The notes: generated from the sequence alone by a model not told the origin. A DNA stretch of 53,045 bases from Girardia tigrina (GCA_001938485.1 MQRK01249798.1:1-53045); one strand, 5' to 3'; positions 36,023 to 48,982 are shown, counted from the stretch's first letter. Numbers and translations are program-made.

Positions 36023-37094
36023 TAAATATTATTTTAAAATTGATGAATTTTGTTTTTCATAAAAAATTATCATCCGGATTTATGTTTATCAATTATAAAT
36101 TTAAATCATTTTTTGAAAATTTAAAATTAATTTATTATTAAAAAAAATATTAAGATATTTCAACTTTAAGTCGAATTTTAAAAAAATTACGAAACTTTAT
36201 TTTTTATTTTAATAATTACTTAAAAATTTATTCAATTTCAAGATCTTAACATAGTATTTTTTTAAGTCTCGCCATTTTTATTATCATGAATGAAACCAAA
36301 TAAAACAATACAGACGATTCAATTAGTTTTGAATGTTTAATAATTGCTCTCTCAGTGGACGATCCCCCGAGAGCGTAAGCAGAAAAATATTTCAGGGGAT
36401 TTAAAATTACATAATTTTCTTTTTTGATTTTTAATTTTTATAATTAAAATAATAAAATTTATTATATCATCGCAATAGCACTAATACAAGTAATACTACG
36501 TTATTAGGATTATAATTTAATTTTTTAGGGGGTGGTATTTTTTTAATTTGCAAAATATTAATTATTTTGGAAAGTTCATTTTTTAAACTTACGGATTTTA
36601 ACTTATTCTTATTATTCAGGTTAAAAACTGAAATGTAATTAAGATCATAATTCAAACTTTTCGGGGGAGGAAGGATTTATCCCCGTAATTAATAAATTTA
36701 TTAATTAATTTTTATTAAATATTTTAAAAATTATACATTTTATTTGAAATTGATTTAGTTTGTATATATAATAATATATTATATTTTATTGTCCATATGT
36801 TTTGGTAAGAATTAATTTTACTAATTAAAGTTTTATTTAAATTTAGCTTATAAAATTCAAATTTACCATTTAATTCAATATTTCTATTTTAGGGTTATTT
36901 AGTTTTAATATTTTTTTAATTGTAAACATTATAAAATTTTAAATAAAATAGCCTCTTAGTTGTATTACAATTAGGTTTAGAAGTTCGAAACCATATTATA
37001 TTATATTTAGTTATCCAGAGGGTTTTTTGTAAAAATTAGTTCAAAAAATTAAAATTTGAGTTTATTAATTTGTTATATATGAATTATTTTATTA

Positions 37095-37142
37095 ATCAGT
37101 GACCCGAAGATGGCGGTTAAACCGTCGAAATATATTATTATT
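37095..37142 (+). ncRNA. Minimal hammerhead-like motif with a core substitution
   Basis: CCGAAGA - T GGCGG TTAAA CCGTC - GAAA - TATA - TT. Confidence 0.6.
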
Positions 37143-37788
37143 AAATATTATTAATTTTGATGTTTCAATTTAATGTTTTTCATCTGTTAACCATACTTAA
37201 ATTTTATTTTTTTCTTGGCTTTTCTCGAATAGATTACAGTTTTTAATTAAATATTATTTAATATTATTATTTAAAATATTATTTAAATTATAATTTTTAA
37301 CATTAGCATTATTTATTTCATCAAAAAAATTATAATAATTTCTTTGACTATTGAAAAGGCAGTTGAAAATATAATTATAAATTTAATTAAGTAATTTAAA
37401 TATTATTATTAGAAATGAATATTGATCCAAATTTATTTTCAGTCATAAAATTTTAAAATATAAATTATTTAATAAAATTACATGAATTCTTCAATATATA
37501 TCAAAATAAATAAATTTTAAGGTGTTTTTTTTAAATTATGATAAATTTACTTCTTTATATTTTATTTTTTTTATTCAAATGAACAACTTATTTCAAATTA
37601 ATTTTTTAATAATTAATAAAATGAAATCAATATTAACATTTTCAATTTTTTATTTAATTAATTTATGAAAAGTTTTTGTTTGGTGATATTGACGGAATTA
37701 TATTCTTATTTTACAAAATAATTTATATATATATATATNNNNNNNNNNNNNNNNNNNNNNNNNNNNNNNNNNNNNNNNNNNNNNNNNN

Positions 37789-37826
<38 letters not shown>

Positions 37827-38744
37827 TTTTAATACTAAATAATTAAAAATTTTGTCACTAGATTTTAAATTTAATGTTTAAACTATTTGAAAAATTTCAA
37901 CCTGTTTAGTTCAATAAAATGTCGAGAAAAAGTTTCAAATAATTTAAGGTTTGACTACTTGACCGTTTTTAACTTAAAAATATTTTTTAAATTATCAAAA
38001 ATAAATGTTAATAAATATTATATTTTAAAATATAAAAAAATAGTTGCGAATATTTTAAATGAATATTTAAAACAACATTGTTTTCTGAATAAATTAATGA
38101 CAGAGAAATATATTTTTATACATCTCTCATTTAAGGGGCACTCAATAAAATATATATAGACATATTTAAAAACATTGTCAATATATGTTCATTATATAAA
38201 TCTACTTGGTTTCCAATGACGCGTTTACTTTTAAAGTATTTCATTAAAATAATGACGAGAACTTTCTGTTCACCATTAAAAAACAAATTAGTAACCAGAA
38301 TTCAAAAAACTGAATTTGAATATAAAATATATTTAATAATTTATAATTTAAAAAATTTTATATGATGCCCACTGCAATCTTTAGGTTAAATTAACATTAG
38401 TTTCACAGCTAATATATGACGAACTTTGTAATCAATTATGTCAACTGTTTTCAAATGGTCCATTTTGAAAAATGCAATTCAAAGTACGATGAATTTAAGA
38501 TTCTTGATCAATTCGACTAACGGTCGTTTCGATTAATCAAAACTTAAAATAATTAATAAGGTCGTGAAATGACTAATATATATTTATGTTTTAGGCTTAA
38601 AATTTATGCTTAACATTTTTAAGTATAGGTATTTTATTCATTAATTTTATTATTAAAAAATGAATTTTATTAAATAGATTCATATAAATATTTAAAAAAT
38701 GACGACAATGAATTTTTAAAAGTCAAAAAATATTCGTCAAAATA

Positions 38745-38793
38745 TATTGTGATTAATTTCGACGGATCAACCGTCATCATCAGACTGAATTAA
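38745..38793 (-). ncRNA. Minimal hammerhead ribozyme motif (inverted copy)
   Basis: Exact reverse complement of the 38923-38971 motif. Confidence 0.75.
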
Positions 38794-38922
38794 GAATGAT
38801 ATACTCGTGTTTATATATCAAAGCAATGTTTATGTAATCATTATGTCATTTAAATCATGAAATTTAAATCATGTGCTTTCAATAAAGTTGAAGAGGATGG
38901 TGTTTGGACATTGAATCAATTG

Positions 38923-38971
38923 TTAATTCAGTCTGATGATGACGGTTGATCCGTCGAAATTAATCACAATA
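38923..38971 (+). ncRNA. Minimal type I hammerhead ribozyme motif
   Basis: CTGATGA - T GACGG TTGAT CCGTC - GAAA - TTAA (palindromic stem III loop) - TC. Confidence 0.75.
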
Positions 38972-39284
38972 TATTTTGACGAATATTTTTTTTGACTTTT
39001 ATTAAATAGGTTAAAATATTTTATCAAAATTTAATTTGTTATTTTTTTTAAAATGTAATAAATTAATATTGTGGTTTTTAAAATAAGTTTTGATAACAAT
39101 AAAATTTTTTTAGTCTTCTCTATAAATTTTGATTGATTTTTTTTAAAAATGTAAAATATAGGTAATTTTATTTTTAAATTTATTATTTTTAATTATATCC
39201 AATCAGAATTCTGGCTGATTTCTGTGTTTTGATAGACTACTCAGTTATTGTTTATAAATGTTTAAATGTTTTCTTTCAATGGAC

Positions 39285-39328
39285 TAACCACCTGATGATG
39301 TTTTTGTAAGAATGAAACATGTTATATA
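39285..39328 (+). ncRNA. Possible hammerhead motif of a different family
   Basis: CTGATGA - weak stem II - GAAA - CATG - TT. Confidence 0.45.
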
Positions 39329-39830
39329 TTATAGTGAATTAATAAATGCATATTCAAATGATATTATATCATTATTAAATATCTGAAAACAATTATAAAT
39401 ACATTTATTTTTTTAAAATAATTTTGTTAAAGCTTTTTTAAGAAATTGATTTTTTTCCATATTTCAAAATTTCATTTTTCATGATCAGCAATTATAATGT
39501 AACGTGTAAGATAATAAAATGTTTATTAATAGATTGTAGTGTCTTTTTACAATGTAACCAAAGATCAAGAGATTTACTCGATCGACTTAATTGTGAATAT
39601 TAACTAATCATGGTTTTTTAATAATGATTTTCTTTATATTCCTCTAAAGAACAATCAAAATAAATGATTTTTTTCTTTTTTAAATATTTTAATTATCCGA
39701 TGAATGAGAGAAACATAAATTTATTTGGTGGTTTAAATATATCGACAGTCAGAAAAATCTTAGTCGAAACGCAATCTTATAATTTTTTCCCAATCTTATA
39801 AAATTAGTGATATGTTTAGAAATAATTTCC

Positions 39831-40235
39831 TCAGTTTCTTTTTGGATCTCGTTTATAAATATATTTGGAGTGTAATGTTGCATACATTGAAGATACTTCT
39901 CGTAATCTCTGTAAATAAATCAAAGAACAGGATGATCGGATAATTGGAATTATATTTCTAAATATAATTTGTAAAATCAATAAACATTGATTTTTAGGAC
40001 CATTAACGAACAAATATTTTTCACCGTGGATGATGACATAAATGTCATTATTAAGAGCACAGACACAATTACTATGCAAACATTTATTACTATAACATTT
40101 AGAGTCTTCACAACTCTCAGAAGTTCTTTCAACATCGGTCATGATTCTAATTAGTGTAGTTTCTGAATTTTTAATGATGATTCTTCCAACAAATTTCCAA
40201 ACATTTGTTATTCTTTTAACTTTAAAATATTTCAT
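39831..40235 (-). repeat. Cys-rich module ORF copy (longest reading frame)
   Basis: MTDVERTSESCEDSKCYSNKCLHSNCVC from ATG 40142; shares NKCLHSNC with copy D. Confidence 0.65.
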
Positions 40236-40387
40236 AAAATTATAAAAATAATTAAACTAATTTTAAAATTATTCAAACCTCTAAAATGTCTTTAATCATG
40301 TTTATTTAAACATGTTTAACATTAAACATTAAACATGTTTATTTTAATTTTTGAAAAATATTACTTATATTAGAAATTATCCTATAT

Positions 40388-40452
40388 CAGGGGTGGCGAA
40401 ACCGTGACATACGTGCTACAAATAGCACGTTTGAAAATTTTGATGGTACACT
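40388..40452. mobile_element. hAT (Charlie/Buster-like) terminus
   Basis: CAGGGGTGGCGAAACCGTGACA...GCACG start; other end not found. Confidence 0.5.
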
Positions 40453-41640
40453 CAAAAACAAATAAATAGAAATAAATTAAAAATTATTAATGTACACTTA
40501 ATTTATAATTTATGATATAAATTTGCAGTACTGAATACTGAATATGGTAACGATTACTGTCAAATAATACATTTTATTATTAAAATACCACATGAATTCT
40601 CTCGAAGAAATGAAGATAAGCATTAAATAAATTATTTTACGTATATAGTTTCGCCTTCTAATGGTATTGCATGTTGTTGCCGTCCCAGCACTCGAATTAG
40701 GCGACAGACTGAATTATTCAATTTTAGTAAACTGTCGTCTTTCAAACTTCAGGGACTTGTTAAAAAATATAACTGTTTATTGTAAATAGATATTTTTAGG
40801 TAAGTATTTTTACATATTATTTCATATTTTATATTCTGTATTCGTTTGCAAGAACATATTTCGTCACGACAGAAGTTTTAACCTGTAACAACCTTAAGGT
40901 AATAAAAGTTAGTAGACATAATTTATTTTGCTTATTTTTAACAATAAAATACTTTAATATTATAAGAAATTATTTTATCTGTCGGTGCCCATAACCAAAA
41001 CGTATATTTTCTAGAATAATGTATTTGTATTTTTATTAAAATAGTTCAAATTGAAATTTAAAAATAACAATTTGGATCGACTTTTATGAATGTAATAAAC
41101 CAAAAATTTTATTATGATTATTAATGTTAGTTGCGTTCATATTCAATTATTCAATATCGTTTTCCATATTTGTAGTAAAATTCAATTTTAATAGCACAAA
41201 TTAATAATTTTTATTTTAAACAAATTTGAACAAATTTTCAACCTTCTTTTAATAATCAATTCACTGACTTTTAACTTAAAATTCAAATTCTGATTAAATT
41301 TCTAAAAACTGAATCTTAAAAATAAAATCTAAATCAATTAAAATTTATTCTAAAATAATACATATTTTAAAAAAATAAACAATTCTTTTCAAAATATTTA
41401 AAATCTTTTCTAATTTAAATTTTATTCAATTTATTTTAAAATAATATTAATTTTAAAATATAAGAATACATTTTATTTTATCATATTAAAAATTAATTAT
41501 AACTCAAATTTATTATTTACAAAAATTAAATACTTTAAAATAGATTCTATTTTAAGAATATTATTAATCTTGAAATCAAAATTTAATTCAAAATATTTTT
41601 TTAATTTTAAAATTATGTTTAAATATGTTCAAGAATTATA

Positions 41641-42934
41641 TTAGTTTGAGGAATAAGTTCCCGCCGTTTTTTGAATTTTTAATCAATTTAATATTTAAAT
41701 CAAATTTTTTGAAGTTATGTTATATGTTATTTGAAAGCTATTGTTTTGCTCTAAAAAATGGTATTTTGTTTTTTTATTCAGATTAATTTTTGTCGATTTT
41801 TAGACCATTGAAATGGAGTGTCAAGTCGACAAAAATGCGCATTTCCGACACCATCTATTGTTTGCGTATAATCGAGGCGCCAAAGCCGCAGACGCTACCC
41901 GAGAGCTTTGTGCTGTATACGGAGAAGGTGCTATAGCTGATAGAACCGCTTGTGATTGGTTCGCAAAATTTAAAATTGGCAATTTTGACCTCAAGGATGC
42001 ACTTCGTTCAGGACGACCAAATTAATTCGATGAAGAGCGTTTGAAAAAACTTTTGCATGAAGACGCGCGTCAAACCACTCGAGAATTGGCGGAACAAATG
42101 GATTGTGATCAAAAAACTGCCGTGAACCTCCTGAAATAAATTGAAAAAGTTCAAAAAATGGGAACTTGGGTCCCACTTCTTTTGACCGTAAACAACAAAA
42201 ACCAGCGATCCACAATTTCGGCGAGTTTGCTTGCCCGTCATCGCTCTACTCACGGTCATAAGCAACAATTTCTTTATCGAATTGTAACGGGTGATGAAAA
42301 ATGGTGCCTGTACTTCAACATAAAACAGCGCAAAGAATGGCGTAGCCGAGAAGAACAATCGACACCGCGAGCAAAACAGGATCTTCATCCACGAAAGACA
42401 ATGCTATGGGTTTGGTGGGGTTGGGAAGGGATTATTCATTATGAATTGCTTCCTCGAAACCAAACAGTGAACGCAGAACTTTATGTTCAACAGCTGCATA
42501 GACTCAACGCCGCTATAAGACAAAAACATCCGGATCGACAACATGGCGTTATTTTGCAATACGACAATGCACGTCCTCATATTGCCAGAATGACAAAAGA
42601 AGCCATACAAACGCTTGGTTGGGAAGTGGTACCGCACACTCCGTATTCACCTGACTTGGCTCCATCTGATTTTCATCTTTTCCGTTCGCTTTCTAACGCT
42701 TTGTGTGGTGTTTCGTTCAACAATGATGAAGAACTGCAAATTTGGTTGACTGAATTTTTCAAGTCAAGACCGAGCGATTTCTACCAAAGAGGCATTGAAA
42801 AACTCGTTGAACGTTGGGAAGAAGTCGTGAACAATGGCGAGATTATATTTGTGATTAATTTGTAGTAACTTTTTTTGTTAAAAAATAAAATTTCAATTTT
42901 TCAAAAAACGGCGGGAACTTATTCCTCAACCCAA
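41641..42934 (+). mobile_element. Full-length mariner (1294 bp, DD34D) with interrupted transposase
   Basis: 34-bp TIRs with 2 mismatches and TA flanks. WVP, TGDEKW, YDNARPH and YSPDLAPSD motifs. ORF split into 41813-42025 and 42158-42865. Confidence 0.97.
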
Positions 42935-43199
42935 TATAAAAGATGCTTTAATCAAACTACATGTTTATTCCATAATATATTTTAAATTATTCAGTAATAT
43001 ATTTAAAATTATAAATAATTAGATTATTAAACAACAAAAGACAAATATATTTATTACAATATGTAAAAAAAATAAAAATATTCAAGTTTAACGAAATAAA
43101 ATCCTGTCTTGTAAGTGCTAATTGAATAAATATTCTTACATTTCTGTACCAACCCGTAAAATTCACATTTTGATCCTTCAAAATTTAAATTATTTTTTC

Positions 43200-44120
43200 T
43201 TTAATTTGTGCTCTTATTATTTGTACTGACAAGAAAGCGGCAAGTTTTCTTTTAAAAAAAACTAAAAAAACTCCTTGATCGGATTTAATTGTGGCGAATA
43301 CGGTGTTGTAAATTTATATGTAATATTTTTTTTCTTGCAATAAACTGATTACATCTCGTCTATGATGAAATCGACAATTATTCATTATCAGATTATCATT
43401 GGAAAAAGATACAAAGTGTGGAGCCATGTTCGAATGAATAAATTCGATGAAAGTTGTACCATCAAATGATCCATCTTTAATTTTACAATAAACTAAACTT
43501 GTCTTTTTTATTCGCAATCATGAAACTAATATTACTTCTTTTACTAGGCCTAACTAGTTTATAGGATTTTGAATTTTTTGGCGAGTAACCACCATTTCTT
43601 GTTATTTGTAAATTGATACCTGTTTCATCCAAACAAAGTAAATTATCGTTATCAATATGTTCAATCGAACGAGCATAAATTTGTCTCATTTCGATATTTT
43701 TGCGTTGTTTCTTTCACCTATGTTTGTAACGAGCCTTTTTCGTGTGAATTCCATTTCATTTAGTGTTCTGCGAATGTTACTTTGACTTTTTAAAATACCA
43801 TTCAAAGCCAGCTCACCCATAAATTCTTTTTTGTTATAACTATTGTCTCTAAGCAAAACCTGAGACAGTTTGTTTTTAATTTCTGAACGGGGGGTGATTT
43901 TTCTTCTTTTTCTTGACCATAAAATTTCCTCGTTGTTCATGTTATTGCTAATTTTGTTATTATATTACATGCAGTTTTTTTGTGTAATGTCACAATCTTC
44001 TACTATTTTTTTATCGATTTTTTACCATTCATTTGCGTATTTTTTTTAAAAATTTGTCGGTAAATGTTTGTCTCTTTTCTCGGTTTTTCACTTGATCTCC
44101 TTCATTTAGATCCAACACAT
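43200..44120 (-). mobile_element. IS630/Tc1-like transposase remnant
   Basis: FTRKRL, LDETGINL, LIMNNCRFHH and PYSPQLNPIKEFF; frameshifted. Confidence 0.85.
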
Positions 44121-44931
44121 CGTCATATTCATTAAAATCGTTATTAAGAAATTAAAATTTTTATTTACTGTGTTTAAATTTCGATTATTCAAACCTATTA
44201 TTTCTAAAAATATTATTGAATAATTTTTAATATATTATTCCAAAACCATGTATATTTTAAAAATATTAAACTTGCGTTCACAAGACTCAATAATAATATA
44301 TATGAGTGGTTAATTTAAATTTGCATCTCGACAAAATAATTTATTATTTTATTTAATTTAAAAGTTAAAATATTTCTATGTTTATATGCTTATTAAATAT
44401 TTTAAAATTAAAAATGATATAATAAAGCAACTATTAAATACGTATTTAAAAATAAAATATGTTTTTAATATGTTTACTAAATATTTTAAAAATTAAAAAT
44501 GATATAATAAAAGAACATCATTAAAAATTAAATACTTATTTAAAAATAAAAAATATATTTTATTAATGTATCTATTAAATATCTTAAAATTAAAAATTAT
44601 AAGAAAACAATTAAATATTTATTTATAAATAAAAATATTTTTACAGTCATAACAATTTCTATATTTTAATAGAAGTTATGAAACAATTTTAAATAAATTT
44701 TAAAATAAATTTTTAGTTTTATTGTGAAAATTAATTAATTAATTTAATAAAATTTGCTAAATTTTAAAAATCGAATCGAAAAGAATTTTATAGATTGATT
44801 ATGGTGAGATAATTGAATTAACAGGAAAATTTGATTAAATAAATATTTGAATTGTTGTTATATTAATAAATTGTGGTGTTAAATTATGAGTTCTGAATTT
44901 GATAATAATAATAGTGGCATAAACGCTACTT

Positions 44932-44934
<3 letters not shown>

Positions 44935-44976
<42 letters not shown>

Positions 44977-45950
44977 NNNNNNNNNNNNNNNNNNNNNNNN
45001 NNNNNNNNNNNNNNNNNNNNNNNNNNNNNNNNNNNNNNNNNNNNNNNNNNNNNNNNNNNNNNNNNNNNNNNNNNNNNNNNNNNNNNNNNNNNNNNNNNNN
45101 NNNNNNNNNNNNNNNNNNNNNNNNNNNNNNNNNNNNNNNNNNNNNNNNNNNNNNNNNNNNNNNNNNNNNNNNNNNNNNNNNNNNNNNNNNNNNNNNNNNN
45201 NNNNNNNNNNNNNNNNNNNNNNNNNNNNNNNNNNNNNNNNNNNNNNNNNNNNNNNNNNNNNNNNNNNNNNNNNNNNNNNNNNNNNNNNNNNNNNNNNNNN
45301 NNNNNNNNNNNNNNNNNNNNNNNNNNNNNNNNNNNNNNNNNNNNNNNNNNNNNNNNNNNNNNNNNNNNNNNNNNNNNNNNNNNNNNNNNNNNNNNNNNNN
45401 NNNNNNNNNNNNNNNNNNNNNNNNNNNNNNNNNNNNNNNNNNNNNNNNNNNNNNNNNNNNNNNNNNNNNNNNNNNNNNNNNNNNNNNNNNNNNNNNNNNN
45501 NNNNNNNNNNNNNNNNNNNNNNNNNNNNNNNNNNNNNNNNNNNNNNNNNNNNNNNNNNNNNNNNNNNNNNNNNNNNNNNNNNNNNNNNNNNNNNNNNNNN
45601 NNNNNNNNNNNNNNNNNNNNNNNNNNNNNNNNNNNNNNNNNNNNNNNNNNNNNNNNNNNNNNNNNNNNNNNNNNNNNNNNNNNNNNNNNNNNNNNNNNNN
45701 NNNNNNNNNNNNNNNNNNNNNNNNNNNNNNNNNNNNNNNNNNNNNNNNNNNNNNNNNNNNNNNNNNNNNNNNNNNNNNNNNNNNNNNNNNNNNNNNNNNN
45801 NNNNNNNNNNNNNNNNNNNNNNNNNNNNNNNNNNNNNNNNNNNNNNNNNNNNNNNNNNNNNNNNNNNNNNNNNNNNNNNNNNNNNNNNNNNNNNNNNNNN
45901 NNNNNNNNNNNNNNNNNNNNNNNNNNNNNNNNNNNNNNNNNNNNNNNNNN
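44935..45950. other. (AT)n microsatellite followed by a 974-N assembly gap
   Basis: Seen directly. Similar AT-flanked 50-N gaps occur at 23911-23960 and 37739-37788. Confidence 0.98.
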
Positions 45951-46267
45951 AAGTGAAACAGTAACACCCTTTTCGATTTGAATACAAGTTTGTAATGATT
46001 TAAGAGTTGTTGAAACATCCAATTCAATTTTGTTTTTATAAAAGTTTCAATGTCGGTTGTTATTTTTTTTGCTTTTGGAATACGAGCTTTCACAGATTCT
46101 ATTCTTCCAAATTTTAAATACATCCTAACTACGCTTCTAACAGTTTCATACTTAACATCGTATTTCGTAGAAATTTCTTTGAATGACAATCCTTCTTCGT
46201 ATTTTTGTACTATTTTTCTCCTGGTTTCATCACTCATCTGTTTTTGTTGCTTCCCACTATTTTGCAT
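45951..46267 (-). mobile_element. IS630/Tc1-like transposase N-terminal HTH
   Basis: SDETRRKIVQKYEEGLSFKEISTKYDVKYETVRSVVRMY; truncated by the gap. Confidence 0.75.
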
Positions 46268-46489
46268 GGATACAAAAAAATTAATTAAAATCTATAAATT
46301 GTGTATGTATATATAAGATTTTTAATTGTTAATCGAATCGAATTATTAATTTAGAATCGAATTGTTAAAATAGTTTTTTTATTTGTTAAAATAGATTTTT
46401 TATGTGAGAAACCCTGTATGTAATGGTATGGGTATTAAAAAGATGTCATGCTTTAAGATTCTAAATGGTAAAATAAAATTGTTTAAATA

Positions 46490-47698
46490 TTCTATTGGGT
46501 CAAAAGTTTTGAGTCACTTTCAAACTGTCGTTATAATTAAAATTTATAAATTGTTTTGTTTCGAAAGGATAAGTATGTTTTATGCCATAAATTATATTAA
46601 TATATAAGTAGAAAATGACCAAAATATCTGAACTGAAAAGATGGAAAATTGTTGATGAAATGAAAAACAAGAAATCTCAAAGACAAGTTGCAGAAGAATT
46701 TAGAGTTTCGCGAAGAAGTGTACAGAAAATATATGAAAAATTTCAAAACACTACGTCTGTAGCGGATAGGTACAGATCAGGCCGTTCTTCAAAGACAACT
46801 CTACGAGAAAGACGTCATTTGATAATAATGAGCAGGAAAAAACCTTTTCAATCTTCAACAGTTCTTCAAAAAAAGTGAATTAGTAGAGAAACAATCTTTA
46901 ATTCAACAGTCAAACGAATCTTACGACGATATGGTTTGTATGGACGAAAAGCCGTTTTGAAAACTCACTTAACAGCAAAAGCAAATCAAAACGCGAAAGC
47001 ACTGGTGTCATCAGTAAGCGACGAATATTGCAAAAAAAATTTTCTGATGAAACAAAGATTTATTTATACCCAAACCGTCGTGTATATGTCAGAAGAAGCA
47101 GAAAACAACGATGTCACTCTAGGAATGTAAAGTCTTCAATAAAATCTGTAGGGAAATCTCTAATGATATGGGGATTCATTAAATCGGATGGTTCTCGCGT
47201 TTTTGTTAGATGCAGCAATTAGATGAATTTCACTGAATATATATCACTGCTGCAAAATGAACTTATCCAAAATTATTATTCCGACGAAATTTTTCAACAG
47301 GACAGTGCTTCTTCTCATAGAAGTAATCAATCAATAATATTTCTTGAAGAAAATGCAATCAACTACATTTGTGATTGGCCACCATAAAGTCCTGATTTAA
47401 ATGTAATTGAAAATATGTGGTCTTATGTAAAACAGAAACTATATCTTACTGAATTTAACAATATCAATGAACTTTAAAAAAGAATTTTTCGAAGTCCCGA
47501 ATGACTATATACGAAATTTATATGCTTCATTTAAGACAAGGATAAATGCTGTTTTAGCCGCTAATGGAGGAATAACAAAGTATTAAACGAATTATTATAT
47601 TCATTATTCGAATAATAAATGTTCTTTATGGTTTTCATTTTGTGAATTTGAATAAAATAGTAAAAAAGTAAGGGTGGCTCAAGACTTTTGACCGCATA
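46490..47698 (+). mobile_element. Near full-length decayed Tc1 element
   Basis: TIR cores GGTCAAAAGTTTTGAGTCAC / GTGGCTCAAGACTTTTGACC; RSGR, FSDETK, MIWG, FQQD and SPDLNVIENMW. Confidence 0.92.
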
Positions 47699-47699
47699 A

Positions 47700-47867
47700 A
47701 AAAGGAGTACCTGTTCAAAGGCCATTTTGTGTTGCTGTGTTTGCATATCGTATTTGATATTATTATGAAAGCTTCATATACAGCGTTTTCAACTTTATCA
47801 AACTATAAATTTCAATTTAAAACCATTACTTTTAAAAGTGTAAGGGGTGGCTCAAGACTTTTTACCG

Positions 47868-47873
<6 letters not shown>
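47700..47873 (+). mobile_element. Second Tc1-family right-end fragment, followed by (AT)n to 47917
   Basis: GGGTGGCTCAAGACTTTTTACCGGTACTATA. Confidence 0.7.
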
Positions 47874-47921
<48 letters not shown>

Positions 47922-48025
47922 ATATTAAAAGATCTAAGGAAATTTTTTATTTCATATTTTCAATGAACAAAGTAAATCGTGTCTTTTTTTATTAATTTAT
48001 TTTAATTTGTATAAAGTTATTTATC

Positions 48026-48982
48026 TTATGTATTCGAACTAGATATAGATCTAACGACATTTATCCAACGTTTTTTTCTCAAAAAAAAGAGCCATATATA
48101 AACCCACTGGGTTCTCAGACCCTTCAAAATGATAGTATACATTCCCGCATTTATCATACTGGAGATTGATCCAAGCATCATTAGCAATTGCTTGAAGGGA
48201 CTGTCCCTTGGGACTGCCATGACATTGAACCAGCTTAATACATACAGCATACTTTGAAAACCGTATGTAAATACAAATACAAAAATCGTCGCAAACGTCA
48301 CTAAAATAAATCGTATTTCCGATTTTCGTAGAGCCACACCTCCATCAGATTTGGATGTTTGATGCATGAATTTATAAATTATGACAAAACTAATTAAAAG
48401 TATAATCAAAGGAATGATCACTGTTGTAATGAACCAAAATGTTGTATGAAACTTATGAAAGGTTTCGAAAATGACTAAAGAATTATTCTTTCTATAAATA
48501 CAAGTATTGTTGACGAATTTCGTATCAAAAACAATTGGAAGGGAAATAAATAATGGAATCAAAATTAGGAAAATATAATATAACTTGAATCGCTTGATCA
48601 TTGATACTTTATAAGCTGTCGCCCAATACGTCGCCACGACTCTGTCAATGCAGTTGTCCACCAGATTTAGTATAGACGCGAAGATCATCGTCCAGTACGG
48701 GAATTGGGTTCTCCAAAAGTGGCAAATAATCTCATCGACTATTTGATTATTGAAGCTTTCGCAACTGTCACAAAGTATAATCATTAAAAAAAATAAAACA
48801 AAAAAGTCAATGATAAATTGGTTTCGTATAATGTGAGTTGAGAGTTTCGAGTGTAAGCGAACTTTCTTGACGAAAATGACGACGATACACGACACATTAT
48901 AGGCCAAAGACACAAACGTTAACACCGTATAAAAAATGTTCAATTTATTCGCCCATTCCACTTCGAAAACGACTTTGCACAT
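48026..48982 (-). CDS. Intronless rhodopsin-like 7TM GPCR, 318 aa, paralog of 7282-8235
   Basis: Shares LHSKLxTHIIRNQFI, WRTQFPYW, NLVDNCIDRV, RKSEIR and LGSISSM with the first GPCR. Confidence 0.9.
   Translation of the reverse strand: MCKVVFEVEWANKLNIFYTVLTFVSLAYNVSCIVVIFVKKVRLHSKLSTHIIRNQFIIDFFVLFFLMIILCDSCESFNNQIVDEIICHFWRTQFPYWTMIFASILNLVDNCIDRVVATYWATAYKVSMIKRFKLYYIFLILIPLFISLPIVFDTKFVNNTCIYRKNNSLVIFETFHKFHTTFWFITTVIIPLIILLISFVIIYKFMHQTSKSDGGVALRKSEIRFILVTFATIFVFVFTYGFQSMLYVLSWFNVMAVPRDSPFKQLLMMLGSISSMINAGMYTIILKGLRTQWVYIWLFFLRKKRWINVVRSISSSNT

Noticed and set aside
44835-46022. Long ORFs of 350-445 aa in the ORF track
   Set aside because: They are artefacts of (AT)n plus the N gap. 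Only the transposase HTH at 45951-46267 is real.
7282-48982. A recent 40-kb inverted segmental duplication bounded by the GPCRs
   Set aside because: The flanks are not alignable apart from the 14-bp motif, and the coding sequences are well diverged.
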